Origin: Mobula hypostoma
Lineage: Eukaryota
Assembly: GCF_963921235.1 (NCBI RefSeq)
Contig: NC_086109.1
Coordinates: 28,150,001 to 28,214,000, forward strand
Length of the DNA: 64,000 bases
Reading direction: 5' to 3'
In this document: in pieces, positions 26,071 through 37,297 of the stretch
How the letters are laid out: each line of letters starts with the position of its first letter
How positions within the stretch are numbered: the first letter of the stretch is position 1
Translations under genes and position numbers: made by a program
Notes under the pieces: model-generated
Database searches by the model: none
Seen by the model: only the letters and a program-made list of their open reading frames with translations
What the model was told of the DNA's origin: nothing

Positions 26071-28723
26071 AAGAATTTTGCCTGTTTTCCCTTTCTAATT
26101 ACCTTATGATTTCCAAAAAAAATTGCACCATGTCATATCTAACCCTTTTATTTAGGTCGTTCTTTGATGCTGCTTTTTATAGCCACCACACAGATTCAAG
26201 ATCATAACAGATCTATGGTACAAGGAAGCTTCCTTTAACAGTTAAGCACTTCAAGATTTGTCATGTTAAAAAGTTACTAGGCAAGAAGTTCAATCGTGCA
26301 TGACATGATTTTAAAGACTTGCAGTTGATTTTAAAGAGATGTAATTCAAACTTTGATTGATAACTTGGGAGAATGTGACTCCACACAATATATGCAGCTG
26401 AAGTCAATTTGCCGGCAGCCAGATCCTCATGAAATTAATTATGCATATATAATTAGCCCAGAGTGTAAGTCAGAAAAACAGATCGACAGCATGGACAAGC
26501 CCCTTCTTCAATGGTGTCTGAATACCATCATTCAAGGGTATGGAAGGCTGCAGGTAAACTGCTTGCCAATTTTGCAGGAGCACTCAGTTCGTTTGGACGC
26601 CAACATAACTGCCACCTTGAATGGAATGATGTATAGTATATTCTTTGGCCTTGCAGCAATTATATTGACTTAGTTTGTGGCTAACTGAAAATAAATCTTC
26701 CTGTCCCATCCTTATTGGGCATTTGTAACTTCTGCCGAGATTGATCATATCATCCTCCACCAGCATCCACCTAGAGGGGACTAAGCTCACCAGGATTCAT
26801 TCTCATCGCTCTAGTCAGAGAGAGAATCCCTGCAAGGATCTGTTATCAGTCCCTTTCTATCACTTATCCACATGCTGCCCATCGGCAATGTCATCCAAAA
26901 ATAATTTCTCACCCCTCAACTATCTCCCAATTGTTTGCTTGTCTAACATCTAAAAATTGATCAAGTAGAAATTTCCTCCAAGTGAGAAGATCGCCATTAT
27001 GATAAGGAGTTGGTCCTTTGAGCTGCTCCACCATTCATTGAGATTATGGCTAATCTTCTTCCTTAGCAGTACTTTCATGCATTATCCCCATAGCCTGGAC
27101 TGATTCGATGATTTGTGGTTTGTTGTTTTTATATTCTGTGTTTCTCACTCTTTTTTTTTGCTGTTTGCTTGATTTGTTATTTTCCTTTCGCATTAGGGGT
27201 TTGATGTTTTTCTTTGAATGGGTTCTATGGTCTTCTTTCTTTGTTTTGTGGTTGTCTGTGGGAAGACGGATTTCTGGGCTGCGTACATACTTTTGATAAT
27301 AAATGCACTTTGATCTTCGGGGGCGGCGCTAAGGTGGTGCTAGCTGGGGCTATATCCCCAGCAGAAATTGCTATAGTCCCACCATAGCACCACCAAGAAA
27401 TTAACTGCAGCTGTTTTGTTTTCTCTGTATAGTTTTGAATACAGCTTGTTTCTCCAGTTGATCTAGTGAAACAGCGCCCCCAATTACCATAGCACCCACG
27501 TAACAATAAAGTTATAAACTCTGTCAGATCCACCCTACACTTCTGCTTATTCGTTTGTTGTTAATGTCTTGCCGTTGCTGTCCTCAGATCAGTTGAGCTG
27601 ATCTAAGATCACTTAAGGTGGTGATGTCACTCACTCTCACTCACGTGAGAGAGTGATAGTACACATCCAGGCGCAGATCCGTGGTCTCGCGAGACTAACG
27701 GATGCCACACGCGCACGTTGTGCTTTCACAAGCTCGCGTCAGCCTGGCACGTGCATTATTTTGGCAGGCGTGAAAAATGGATCGATTTTTAGTCAGAAAA
27801 TGACCTCATCCAGAGGAATCAGTGGTGTCCCAGCCTGAGCATGTCTTAATTGAAAGTGACATGCAGAAAGAAGTAAGTGGGGATGAGGACTTCAGCAGTT
27901 CATCGAAGGAGTGTGAGGGCGAAGTAGAGGAACAAGAAATGGAGCGGGATTCGGAAGAGAACATGGATGAAGCTGCTTTTAGTGCGAGTGGGAATACTGT
28001 TAGCGATGCTAGCCAGCAGCCTGAGGATGGACCCAATCGGCCAGCATTGAAAAAGTACCCTTCGCGACAGTTTGGCCATCAGCAAAGGAGTATTCATGGC
28101 TGGTTTGACTTGTACTCCTGGCTGGAATATTCAATCACAAAAGATGCTACATTCTGCTTCGCATGTAGGCATTTCCTGTATGGAGGACATGGGTTCCATT
28201 CTGAGTCTACCTTCACTGTCACCGGTTACCGCAACTGGCGGAAAGCTACAACAGCTTTCAAAACCCACCATGTACGTGCAGCTCATAAGTTTGTGATGGA
28301 GGCATGGGCCGAATTCAGATTGAGAAAACAAGACGGTTCAAGATTGGGAAATATGCTGGATAAAGGACAAGCAAAGATTGTCCAAGAAAATCGTGAGTAT
28401 ATGAGAGCAGTGGTTGAGTCTCTACGCTATACTGCGTGCCAAGGCATTGTCCAGCGAGGACATCAGGAGAATGTTGGAACTGGCAATAGGGGAAACTTTG
28501 TTGAGTTCCTCAGTGTAATTCGGAAGTTTGATAAGACTGTAGCTAAAAAAATAGAGGACAATCCTGGAAATGCAAAAAACACCCATCACGATATCCAAAA
28601 TGAAATTATGGGTATTATTTAAATGCAACAACAGTAATTCTGCAGATGCTGGAAATTCAAGCAACACACATAAAAGTTGCTGGCGAACGCAGCAGGCCAG
28701 GCAGCATCTGTAGGAAGAGGTAC

Positions 28724-28754
28724 AGTCGACGTTTCAGGCCCCTTCGTCAGGACT
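28724..28754 (-). ncRNA. Hammerhead motif with a 5-nt deletion in stem-loop II
   Basis: The minus strand reads AGTC CTGACGA AGG GG CCT GAAA C GTC GACT. Confidence 0.6.
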
Positions 28755-29246
28755 AACTGAAGGAAGAGTGAGTAAGGGATTTGAAAGTTGGAGGGGGAGG
28801 GGGAGATCCAAAATGATAGGAGAAGACAGGAGGGGGAGGGATGGAGCCAAGAGCTGGACAGGTGATTGGCAAAAGGGATACGAGAGGATCATGGGACAGG
28901 AGGTCCAGGAAGAAAGACAAGGGGGGGTGGGATCCAGAGGATGAGCAAGAGGTATATTCAGAGGGACAGGGGGAGAAAAAGGAGAGTGAGAGAAAGAATG
29001 TGTGTATAAAAATAAGTAACAGATGGGGTACGAGGGGGAGGTGGGGCATTAGCGGAAGTTAGAGAAGTCGAAGTTCATGCCGTCAGGTTGGAGGCTACCC
29101 AGACGGAATATAAGGTGTTGTTCCTCCAACCTGAGTGTGGCTTCATCTTTACAGTAGAGGAGCCCGTGGATAGACATGTCAGAATGGGAATGGGATGTGG
29201 AATTAAAATGTGTGGCCACTGGGAGATCCTGCTTTCTCTGGCGGAC

Positions 29247-29995
29247 AGGGGCTTCCCTTCCTCCACTATCGAAAGGGGCTTCCCTTCCTCCACTATCAAC
29301 TCTGCTCTTAAACGCATCTCCCCCATTTCACATACATCTGCTCTCACTCCATCCTCCCGCCACCCCACTAGGAATAGGGTTCCCCTGGTCCTCACCTACC
29401 ACCCCACCAGCCTCCGGGTCCAACATATTATTCTCTGTAACTTCCGCCACCTCCAACGGGATCCCACCACTAAGCACATCTTTCCCTCCCCCCTCCTCTG
29501 CATTCCACAGGGATTGCTCCCTACGCAACTCCCTTGTCCATTCGCCCCCCCCCATCCCTCCCCACTGATCTCCCTCCTGGCACTTATCTGTGTAAGCAGA
29601 ACAAGTGCTACACATGCCCTTACACTTCCTCCCTTACCACTATTCAGGGCCCCAAACAGTCCTTCCAGGTGAGGCAACACTTCACCTGTGAGTCGGCTGG
29701 GGTGATATACTGCGTCCGGTGCTCCCGATGTGGCCTTTTATATATTGGCGAGACCCGACGCAGACTGGGAGACCGCTTTGCTGAACATCTATGCTCTGTC
29801 CGCCAGAGAAAGCAGGATCTCCCAGTGGCCACACATTTTAATTCCACATCCCATTCCCATTCTGACATGTCTACCCACGGCCTCCTCTACTGTAAAGATG
29901 AAGCCACACTCAGGTTGGAGGAACAACACCTTATATTCCGTCTGGGTAGCCTCCAACCTGATGGCATGAACATCGACTTCTCTAACTTCTGCTAA
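29247..29995 (+). pseudogene. PLE ORF C-terminus: end of RT thumb, Cys-rich linker and GIY-YIG endonuclease (5'-truncated, frameshifted)
   Basis: ERGFP...RVPLVLTYHP..., then GTYLCKQNKCYTC...FTCESAGVIYCVRCSRCGLLYIGETRRRLGDRFAEH...VATHFN...RLEEQHLIFRLGSLQPDGMN. Confidence 0.92.
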
Positions 29996-30290
29996 TGCCC
30001 CACCTCCCCCTCGTACCCCATCTGTTACTTATTTTTATACACACATTCTTTCTCTCACTCTCCTTTTTCTCCCTCTGTCCCTCTGAATATACCCCTTGCC
30101 CATCCTCTGGGTCCCCCCAACCCCCCGTCTTTCTTCCCGGACCTCCTGTCCCATGATCCTCTCGTATCCCTTTTGCCTATCACCTGTCCAGCTCTTGGCT
30201 CCATCCCTCCCCCTCCTGTCTTCTCCTATCATTTTGGATCTCCCCCTCCCCCTCCATCTTTCAAATCCCTTACTCACTCTTCCTTCAGTT

Positions 30291-30326
30291 AGTCCTGACG
30301 AAGGGTCTCGGCCTGAAACGTCGACT
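30291..30326 (+). ncRNA. Minimal type I hammerhead ribozyme in the PLE pLTR, core intact
   Basis: AGTC / CTGACGA / AGG GTCTCGG CCT / GAAA / C / GTC / GACT. Stem I is AGTC:GACT, stem II is AGG:CCT, and a palindromic ACGT replaces stem III. Predicted cut is after C30322. Confidence 0.85.
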
Positions 30327-31700
30327 GCACCTCTTCCTAGAGATGCTGCCTGGCCTGCTGCGTTCACCAGCAACTTTTATGTGTGTTGTTATGGGTATTA
30401 TGGCAGATGTGGTCAGACGTCAAATAAGTGAAGAAATCAAGGAGGCTGGATATTTTGCCGTCATGGTGGATGAAAGTAAAGACTTGAGTAAAAAGGAGCA
30501 AATATCAGTGGTGGTGCGGTATTTGAATAACGAAACAGTGCTTGAAGAATTCTTGCACTTCACTGCAGCAGAAGGGTTGGACGCAGAGTCGCTTCTCCAA
30601 AGCATTGAACAGACACTCGCCCAGTGTGTCATTGATAAGAACGCGTGTATAGGTCAGTATAGGTCCTCATGTGAATGGAATTTCTCTTGCCTCAGACGCG
30701 TCCAAAACTACATAAGGAATAGCAGCGGCAATGCTCGGAACAGCAGCTTGGCTCTGTTGGCCATAAACAGCTGGAGGACCAAGGCACTTGACATCCAGAA
30801 AATCATTGATTCTTTCGCCACCAGTCACAACAACAGACGGATTGTGCTTCTCTGAAATCGTTAATGGTGAGTGAAGTTGAGTTTTTAAAAATTTGGGCCA
30901 AGACTAATGCTGATTATTGTTATTATTATTTTGTGGTGGATTCCCAATAGTCCTTATGTTTCCTGCAAATCCTAAAATATTACATTTACTGCTATTAAGC
31001 CTACTGGTTTTGCTTAGACTTCCAAGTGGTGATTCTGTTTATTTTTGTTTTATATTCAATTAATTGAGGTACTGCACGGTCAGAGTACGATTTGTCCAAC
31101 TCCTGGTAAAGCCTTGCATCTGTTGTTTGCCTTATTTGACTTTAATAATGGTGTATCTTTTGGCATTGCTGTCTATGTAATGCGAATAGCAGTGGGTTCG
31201 TGTTGTGTTTTTCGGTTCAAAAGCACGCATTTGACACTAATTGAGGGTTGGTGCGTGATTCACATTGTCAGCTGTTGCTCGGATGCTCTGTTTGTTTTTT
31301 TTGTTTATGCTCCATGTAGCCCAGATTGTCTCCGACGCCGTTGACACTGTAACAGTTCACTTCTATATTAGATCTATCAACTGCTGTTGCTTGTGAATCA
31401 ACAAGGCATTTATAGTAGGCACATAATGCTTGAAACTGACTTTTTAACGCCATGCGTCTGGCCTTGCGAATACATATTACCATACAGTGCATCCCTCAGC
31501 ACCATCACTGAATCATTTTGCCCCTCTGTAGCACCAGCAAGAAAAAATCTCTGGCACCACCACTGTTGATCTTTGAACATTAAATCTTCATTTTGAATGA
31601 ACTCAATGACTGAACACCCAAAACCCTCCTGCAAAAAGAATTCCAAAGATTCACCACCCACTGAATGAAGAAAATTTCAATACTTCCTTGATTTGCATTG

Positions 31701-32583
31701 TGTTACGTACCCCGTAACTGGGTTGCCAAACCAGCAGAAATGGATCACACAGTTGGAGTCTGGATTACTAGAACTAAGAAAGTTTTATTAAAGAAACAAG
31801 CAACACAGTAATCGAAAGGATAATAAATGCAACAGCTCAGCAATGATAAACACACATGTGCACAGAATTAAGATAACAGGATCAATCAAGCTCTATCGTT
31901 GTCTAGGGGTAAATGATCAGTTTCAAAGTGACGCAAAATTCAGTTCAATTTAGTTCAGTTTGCAGTAATCGTTGCCGTGGCAATGGACAATGTGGGGGAA
32001 GGAGAGAGAGAACAAGAACGAATGATCATTCAAAACGGCTTCCACACACAGACCGGCGATATTGCTCACAAGCAGCTTTCGGGCGAGTCTTTTGTGATGT
32101 CACCTGAGGTCACCAACTGTGACCCCTCCTCCAGATGCGGTTGATCCTCTACAGTGAACCCGGCACCCAAGCAAGGGCGGACATACACCGGGTTCCCGCT
32201 GATCGTACCTTTCCACCCTGTGCGTCTATGGCTTGGTTCCGCAACCAGCCTTCCAAACTACTCCCGCCGACTTGCGGGGGGGGGGGGGACACTGCTTCCA
32301 GGGTCTCATTACCTCGTGGTGTCGTGTGTGTCCTGCCTTAGCGAACCTGTCCCTTTTTATCCCCCTGCTGGGGTATCGCTTGTCCATCACTTCAAACAGT
32401 CCAGGGTTCAAAGGGGGAGCCGCTCTAGACAGCTCTCCTTCCCCTTCATTACACATCTCCAAATGCTGCTCCATTGTTTTCCTTATCTCTCCTTCTCCTG
32501 AAAAGAGGTGGCAGACCAACTGCTGATACCCCCGGTGCCAGCACAGGACAGCTACATCTTAATCTATGTGTATTCTCGTCATA
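31701..32583 (-). mobile_element. Solo LTR (883 bp) with a 4-bp TSD
   Basis: Ends are TGTTACG...CGTCATA. TSD attg at 31697-31700 and 32584-32587. The minus strand has AATAAA (~31785) and a TATA-like GATAAAAA (~32355). A second copy starts at 63354. Confidence 0.88.
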
Positions 32584-33179
32584 ATTGACAGAGACTAACT
32601 GGTGATTGTTGCGTGTGGGTAACTAGTTACAGAACTACTCTCTATCAGTGACAATGGAGAAGTCAGGGATGTGATGGTTACTATAGGCCAGTGTAGTTCA
32701 TTGTGAATATTTGAATTCTCCATTTGGCTACTAGATAATCTTTCACATCTCAAACATGAAGGTTAGTGGCAAATCTGATACTGGATTTTAATTTACAGTA
32801 ATTTTATGTCTTTGCATTTCATTGCTGATGCAAAACAATACATTATCTGAAATAATAAACCTGATTAGATTCAGACATGTCAAGTTCAAAATCTGATCCA
32901 TTGCAATTAATAGTTTGTTCCTCCTCCAGCTTAACTCTCACTTTGGCACAGTGCTGTGCAGGGTGAAGACCCAACCATCATTACAGACTTACACTTGTGC
33001 AGACATTAGAGTTAACCAGCTATCAGTCCCATCAGGTACATAAATGTCTTATTTGATGAGACAGCTAGTTATCATGTCTGCTAATGCTGATCAGTTGCTA
33101 TCCAGAGGATACGAAAGCCAGGTTTTTGGTATTCCCTCACCCAGAGGCTTCCCTCCCAGATGAGCTCATTATCCATTAT

Positions 33180-34575
33180 GCTTGCTTTGACAGTCAAACC
33201 CATGGAGGAACCTACACAAACTCCCACAGCCCCAGATGACTCTGTGATTTCAGTCTCAGAGGCCAACATGAGAGCATCCTTCGGAGGAGTGAACCCACAG
33301 AAAGCATCTGGCTGAGGTGGAGTACCCGGCCAAGCACCAAAGAGCTGTGCTGATCAGCTGACTGGAGTATTCACTGATATCTTTAACCTCTCGCTTTGGC
33401 AGCCTGAGATACCCAACGACTTCAAGCAGGCTTCGATTATATCAGTGTCTGAGAAGAAAGTGATAACCTGTCTCAATGACAATCATCCACTAGGAGCACT
33501 TAGATCCACTGTGATGAAGTGCTTCGAGAGGTTACTGATGAGATATATCAGCACCTGCCCGAGGTGTGACTTGGATCTACACCAATTTGCCTACCGTCAT
33601 AATTGGTCAACAGCAGATGTCATTTTATTAGCTATTCACTCAACCCTGGAACATCTGGACAGTGAAGATACATACTTCAGGATGTTCTTCATTGACTACA
33701 GCTCAGCATTCAACACTATCACCCCCTCAAAGTTAATCAGTAAGCTCCGAGACCTAGGTATCATTGCCTCCTTGTGCAACGGGATCTGTGATACTCACTT
33801 GAGGATTCCAGTCAGTTTGGATTGGCAACAACATCTCCTCCATAATCACCATCAGCACCAGTGCACCACAAGGCTGCATGCTTAGACCCCTGCTCTATTT
33901 GTTTTATACTTATGACTGTCAGGCTAAGCACAACTTCGATGCCATATTTAAATTTGCTAACTTTACAACTGTGTTTGGCCGAATCATAGGTGAAGATTGA
34001 AAATTTGGCCATGTGGTGTCACAACAACAAATTCTCTCTCAATGTCAGCAAAACCACAGAGCTGATTTTTAATTACAGGAGGAGGAAACTGGAGGTCCAT
34101 GAGCTAGTACTCATCAGGGGATCAAAGGTGGAGAGGGTAGGCAATTTTAAATTCCTTGGCATTATCATTTCAGAGGATCTGTTCTGAGCCCAGCACATAC
34201 TGTAAGTACCATTACAAAGAAAGCATGGCAGCTTTAAATTCCTTTGCATTTTCATTTCAGAGGATCTGTCCAGGGTGTCAGCACATAAGTGTCATTACAA
34301 AGAAGATACAGCAGCGCATCTACTTTCTTAGAAGTTTGTGAAGATTTGGCATGTCATCTAAAACGTTGACAAACTTTTATAGATGTGGGGTGGAGAATAT
34401 TATGACTGGATGCAGCACAGTCAAGTTTAGAAACACCCAATTCCTTTGAATGGAAAAGCCTTAAAAAAGCAGTGGATACAGCCCAGTACATCACAGGTAA
34501 AGCCCTCCCTATCATTGAGCACATCTGCAAGTTATGCTGTCACAGGAAATCAGCATCTATTAAGAATCCTCACCA
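33180..34575 (+). mobile_element. Decayed Rex1/Babar LINE
   Basis: ITCLND...STVMKCFERL...QFAYRHN.ST.D...[11 protein letters not shown] and LNVSKTTELI...FKFLGIIISEDL. Confidence 0.9.
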
Positions 34576-35059
34576 TTCTATCTGATGTTCTGTACGCATG
34601 ACGATAAATGTATTAACATCTTCTTCATTTATGACCATTAGTAACAGTCACAATCCCAGTCCAAATAAAAAAATATCCTTGTGTACATATGACGAAAACA
34701 ACTTCCTGACAAGTTCTTCCTGTCACATGACCGATAACACTAAGCGCATAAGATTTAGTTGTACTTGTTAACAAACTATCACATCACTGTTTAAACAGTA
34801 TTGCACATGTCACAAAGCAATAATAAACTAAGTAGAATGATTATCACCATCCTTAACTGATTCCAAAGTTCTCGCTGTCTTCTGTGTCACCTTACAAAGA
34901 GTACGCTGAGAATAATTACATGTTCATCTGATATATAATCAATTAATCTTAATCTTTTAATTTTAAGGTCACTTTTTTGCTCTGATTCGAGCTATAGACA
35001 ATGTTTTTTTTTACATGTTAGCAAACATTAGCAGTAGACAATTGGTTCACTTTTGTGAT

Positions 35060-35302
35060 AAAGAAAAGAAAGCTACGTTGCATCCGGAGTTTCTCCAGTT
35101 AGCGTACGATTTCCCTCCGCGCCTCTCTGACGTAGTGGGGAATCGCGTACGAGGCAAGTTACAGCAGTGGTTTGCCATTGCCTTCTGCCGAGTGAGTTTC
35201 CAAAGAGATCACCAGCTCGTAACCCAGCATGGATGGAAAGCATGCGCCAGGACCTTTCGTCCCGAAGTCCGACGCTGATGCCACTACGCCACCAGCTGGT
35301 CC
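35060..35302 (-). mobile_element. tRNA-derived SINE with B box apparently deleted
   Basis: The minus-strand head gctggTGGCGTAGTGGcatcagcgtcggacttc is shared with 62782-62923. The body contains gaaggcaatggcaaaccac and the tail is CTTT-rich. Confidence 0.7.
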
Positions 35303-35429
35303 ACTTCTGTGATAATGGAAAATAAATGGGGTTGGAGCCAATGGTTTCCAGAGTTGCCCTTAATGTGCTCTGGAGCTTAGTTGGGTACAATTGGTAGTTG
35401 GAGTGCGAGTAGGAGGTCACCTAAACAAA

Positions 35430-35560
35430 TGTATATTGCTTTAATTAGATCTGTCTTTGATTATGGATGTGTGTGTATAAGGCAGCCTCACCAGTGACCT
35501 TAAATTTCACGTTCAAGCATTCAGATTACATTGTGGTGCAATTAAATTGTCCCCAATTTT
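35430..35560 (+). mobile_element. Small I/Nimb-clade LINE fragment
   Basis: Translates to YIALIRSVFDYGCV, followed by broken codons resembling CGAIK.SPI. Confidence 0.5.
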
Positions 35561-36091
35561 AACATTTCTGGTAGAAGTAGGTGAATTGGAAGGAGCTAAG
35601 ATGGCTCCACTGGGTGACTTCTTTGAGTTCATCTGTGAAACAGCTTAAATTCCTCTCTTTAATGTCTCTTCCTTCCTTTTCAAGGAGGCTGGGATTCTGT
35701 GGGAGTCCATGATCTATAACTGCACTCAAACTGTGGTCTTCACAGCGGTGGGTTCCACTCTGAGTTCGCCGAGTAGCGTAGCATTTTCGATAGCTCCAAG
35801 AGTGGCTTGGAAGTCGTGTACTTTTGAGGCCCAATTTAGGGCCTCCAGTGGATTTCAGTCATCAGACTGTTGCACGACACCTCAGCAGAAGTAATAAACA
35901 AACAGTGCAGCGAGATTATGGCAGAAAACCTGGGAAAACTTCTCTGTGTCTGTGAGGAGTGTCGAGTTGGCTTGCTGAGAAGGAAATCAACATGCTTGAG
36001 GTAGAAAAGAATGATCAATGTGGAAATGATGGGGAAATCACTTAAGAATAATGGAATGCTGCAATGGATTGATTGCAGGATATGTCTAGAC

Positions 36092-37297
36092 CAGCAGTCC
36101 CCAACCACCGGGCCGCAGAGCATGCGCTACCGGGCCGCGAGGAAGCAATATGACTTGGTTAGCTGCGCCTTTCCTCATTCCCTGTCACGGCCACTGATCA
36201 GCCATTACGCATGCGAGGTCATGACCTGCGCGTCATCCGTGTCAGGGCGGGAAGGCGATTAACTCCTCGAGCTTGCAAATGACGACGGGCTGAAAAGTAT
36301 GTTTGACATAACATCTCTGTCAGCATTTTGGATCAAAGTCAAGGCTAATTATCCTGAGATAGCCACGAAAGCACTGAAAACGTTGCTTTCATTTCCAACA
36401 TTTTTCTGCTAAGCCGAGTTTTCTGCAATGAATGCAACGAAAACTAAATTGTGGAATAGACTGGACATAAGGAACCCCCTTCGAGTATCGCTGTCTCCCA
36501 TCACCCCTCGATAGGCCGGTGTTGCTGTAGGGAAACAAGCCCAGGGCTCCCGCTGATTCAGCGATATTGGTGCGTTGCAATGATTTTATATATTCATACG
36601 GGGATAATATGTGCTGTGCGTTTAATATCCAAATATTACTTAGAATGTTATGATGCTATTGACTTATAAGTGACTTATATAACCATATAACAATTACAGC
36701 ACGGACACAGGCCATCTCGGCCCTTCTAGTCCGTGCTGAACGCTACTCTCACCTAGTCCCGCCGACCTGCACACAGCCCATAACCTTCCATTCCTTTCCT
36801 GTCCATATACCTATCCAATTTTTCTTTAAATGATCATATCGAACCTGCTTCTGCCGCTTCTTCTGGAAGTTCGTTCAACACTTCAAGCTCCCCTGATAAT
36901 TGACAACATTATATCCATGCGAGGAAAATATGCGCTGTGTGTTTAATACTAAATTCGTTAGATAAACCCGTTTAGAAACAAAATTGAGCGTATTACCCAC
37001 TTAACACCTATATTCCGGTAGTGATTAACACCCACCCCCACGAACAGAATCGCCAAAAAGGATTTGCTTGGGGGGGGGGGGGGGGGAGAATCGGCAGGTC
37101 ACGACGCGCATGCGCATTGGTGCCCGCGCAAGGCCTCATGGTCATTGTAGTCTTTTGTGTAAACAACGCTTTTGAGTGCTACTCTTGTTCGTTGGCAACC
37201 CTACTCCCCCACCCCCACCACCCCCGGTCGGCCGATCCGCAAGAATATTGTCAATATTAAACCGGTCCGCAGTGCAAAAAAAGGTTGGGGACCCCTG
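36092..37297 (+). mobile_element. Non-autonomous hAT-Charlie/Buster transposon
   Basis: TSD gtctagac at 36084-36091 and 37298-37305 (NTCTAGAN type). TIRs CAGCAGTCCCCAACC and GGTTGGGGACCCCTG. A transposase C-terminal remnant FWIKVKANYPEIATKALKTLLSFPT...TKTKL.NRLDI lies at ~36325-36520. Confidence 0.93.
36678..36880 (-). mobile_element. CR1 3' fragment inside the Charlie element
   Basis: ataaccatataacaattacagcacggacacaggccatctcggcccttc...ctgtccatatacctatcc is a reverse CR1 3' end. Confidence 0.8.

Larger units (their letters stand above)
28619..30388. mobile_element. Neptune-type PLE with ~590-bp inverted arms and a 13-bp TSD
   Basis: TSD ttatgggtattat at 28606-28618 and 30389-30401. 28662-29248 is the reverse complement of 29796-30388. 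Confidence 0.95.
27777..30855 (+). pseudogene. hAT transposase pseudogene (TTF-type Zn finger, DUF4371-like region, first catalytic Asp, C-terminal dimerisation motif)
   Basis: The ATG at 27777 is in frame with the 266-aa ORF, with an early TGA at codon 9. Motifs are WF..Y.WLEYS...DA.FCFAC, RGH.E.....NRGNF.E and HDIQNEIMGI|MAD...FAVMVDESKDLSKKEQ, then a jump to SSCEWNFS.LRR..NYIRNS. Confidence 0.9.
27318..31565 (+). mobile_element. hAT DNA transposon (Tip100/ZMYM1-like), internally deleted, carrying a PLE insertion
   Basis: Perfect 8-bp TSD ttgatctt at 27310-27317 and 31566-31573. Imperfect TIRs CGGGGGCGGCGCTA and (reverse complement) CAGTGGTGGTGCCA. Transposase remnants lie inside. Confidence 0.93.

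Noticed and set aside
27822..28622. 266-aa ORF as a host ZMYM1-like gene
   Set aside because: It lies within TIRs and an 8-bp TSD, and has an early stop, a PLE insertion and an internal deletion. It is a dead transposase.
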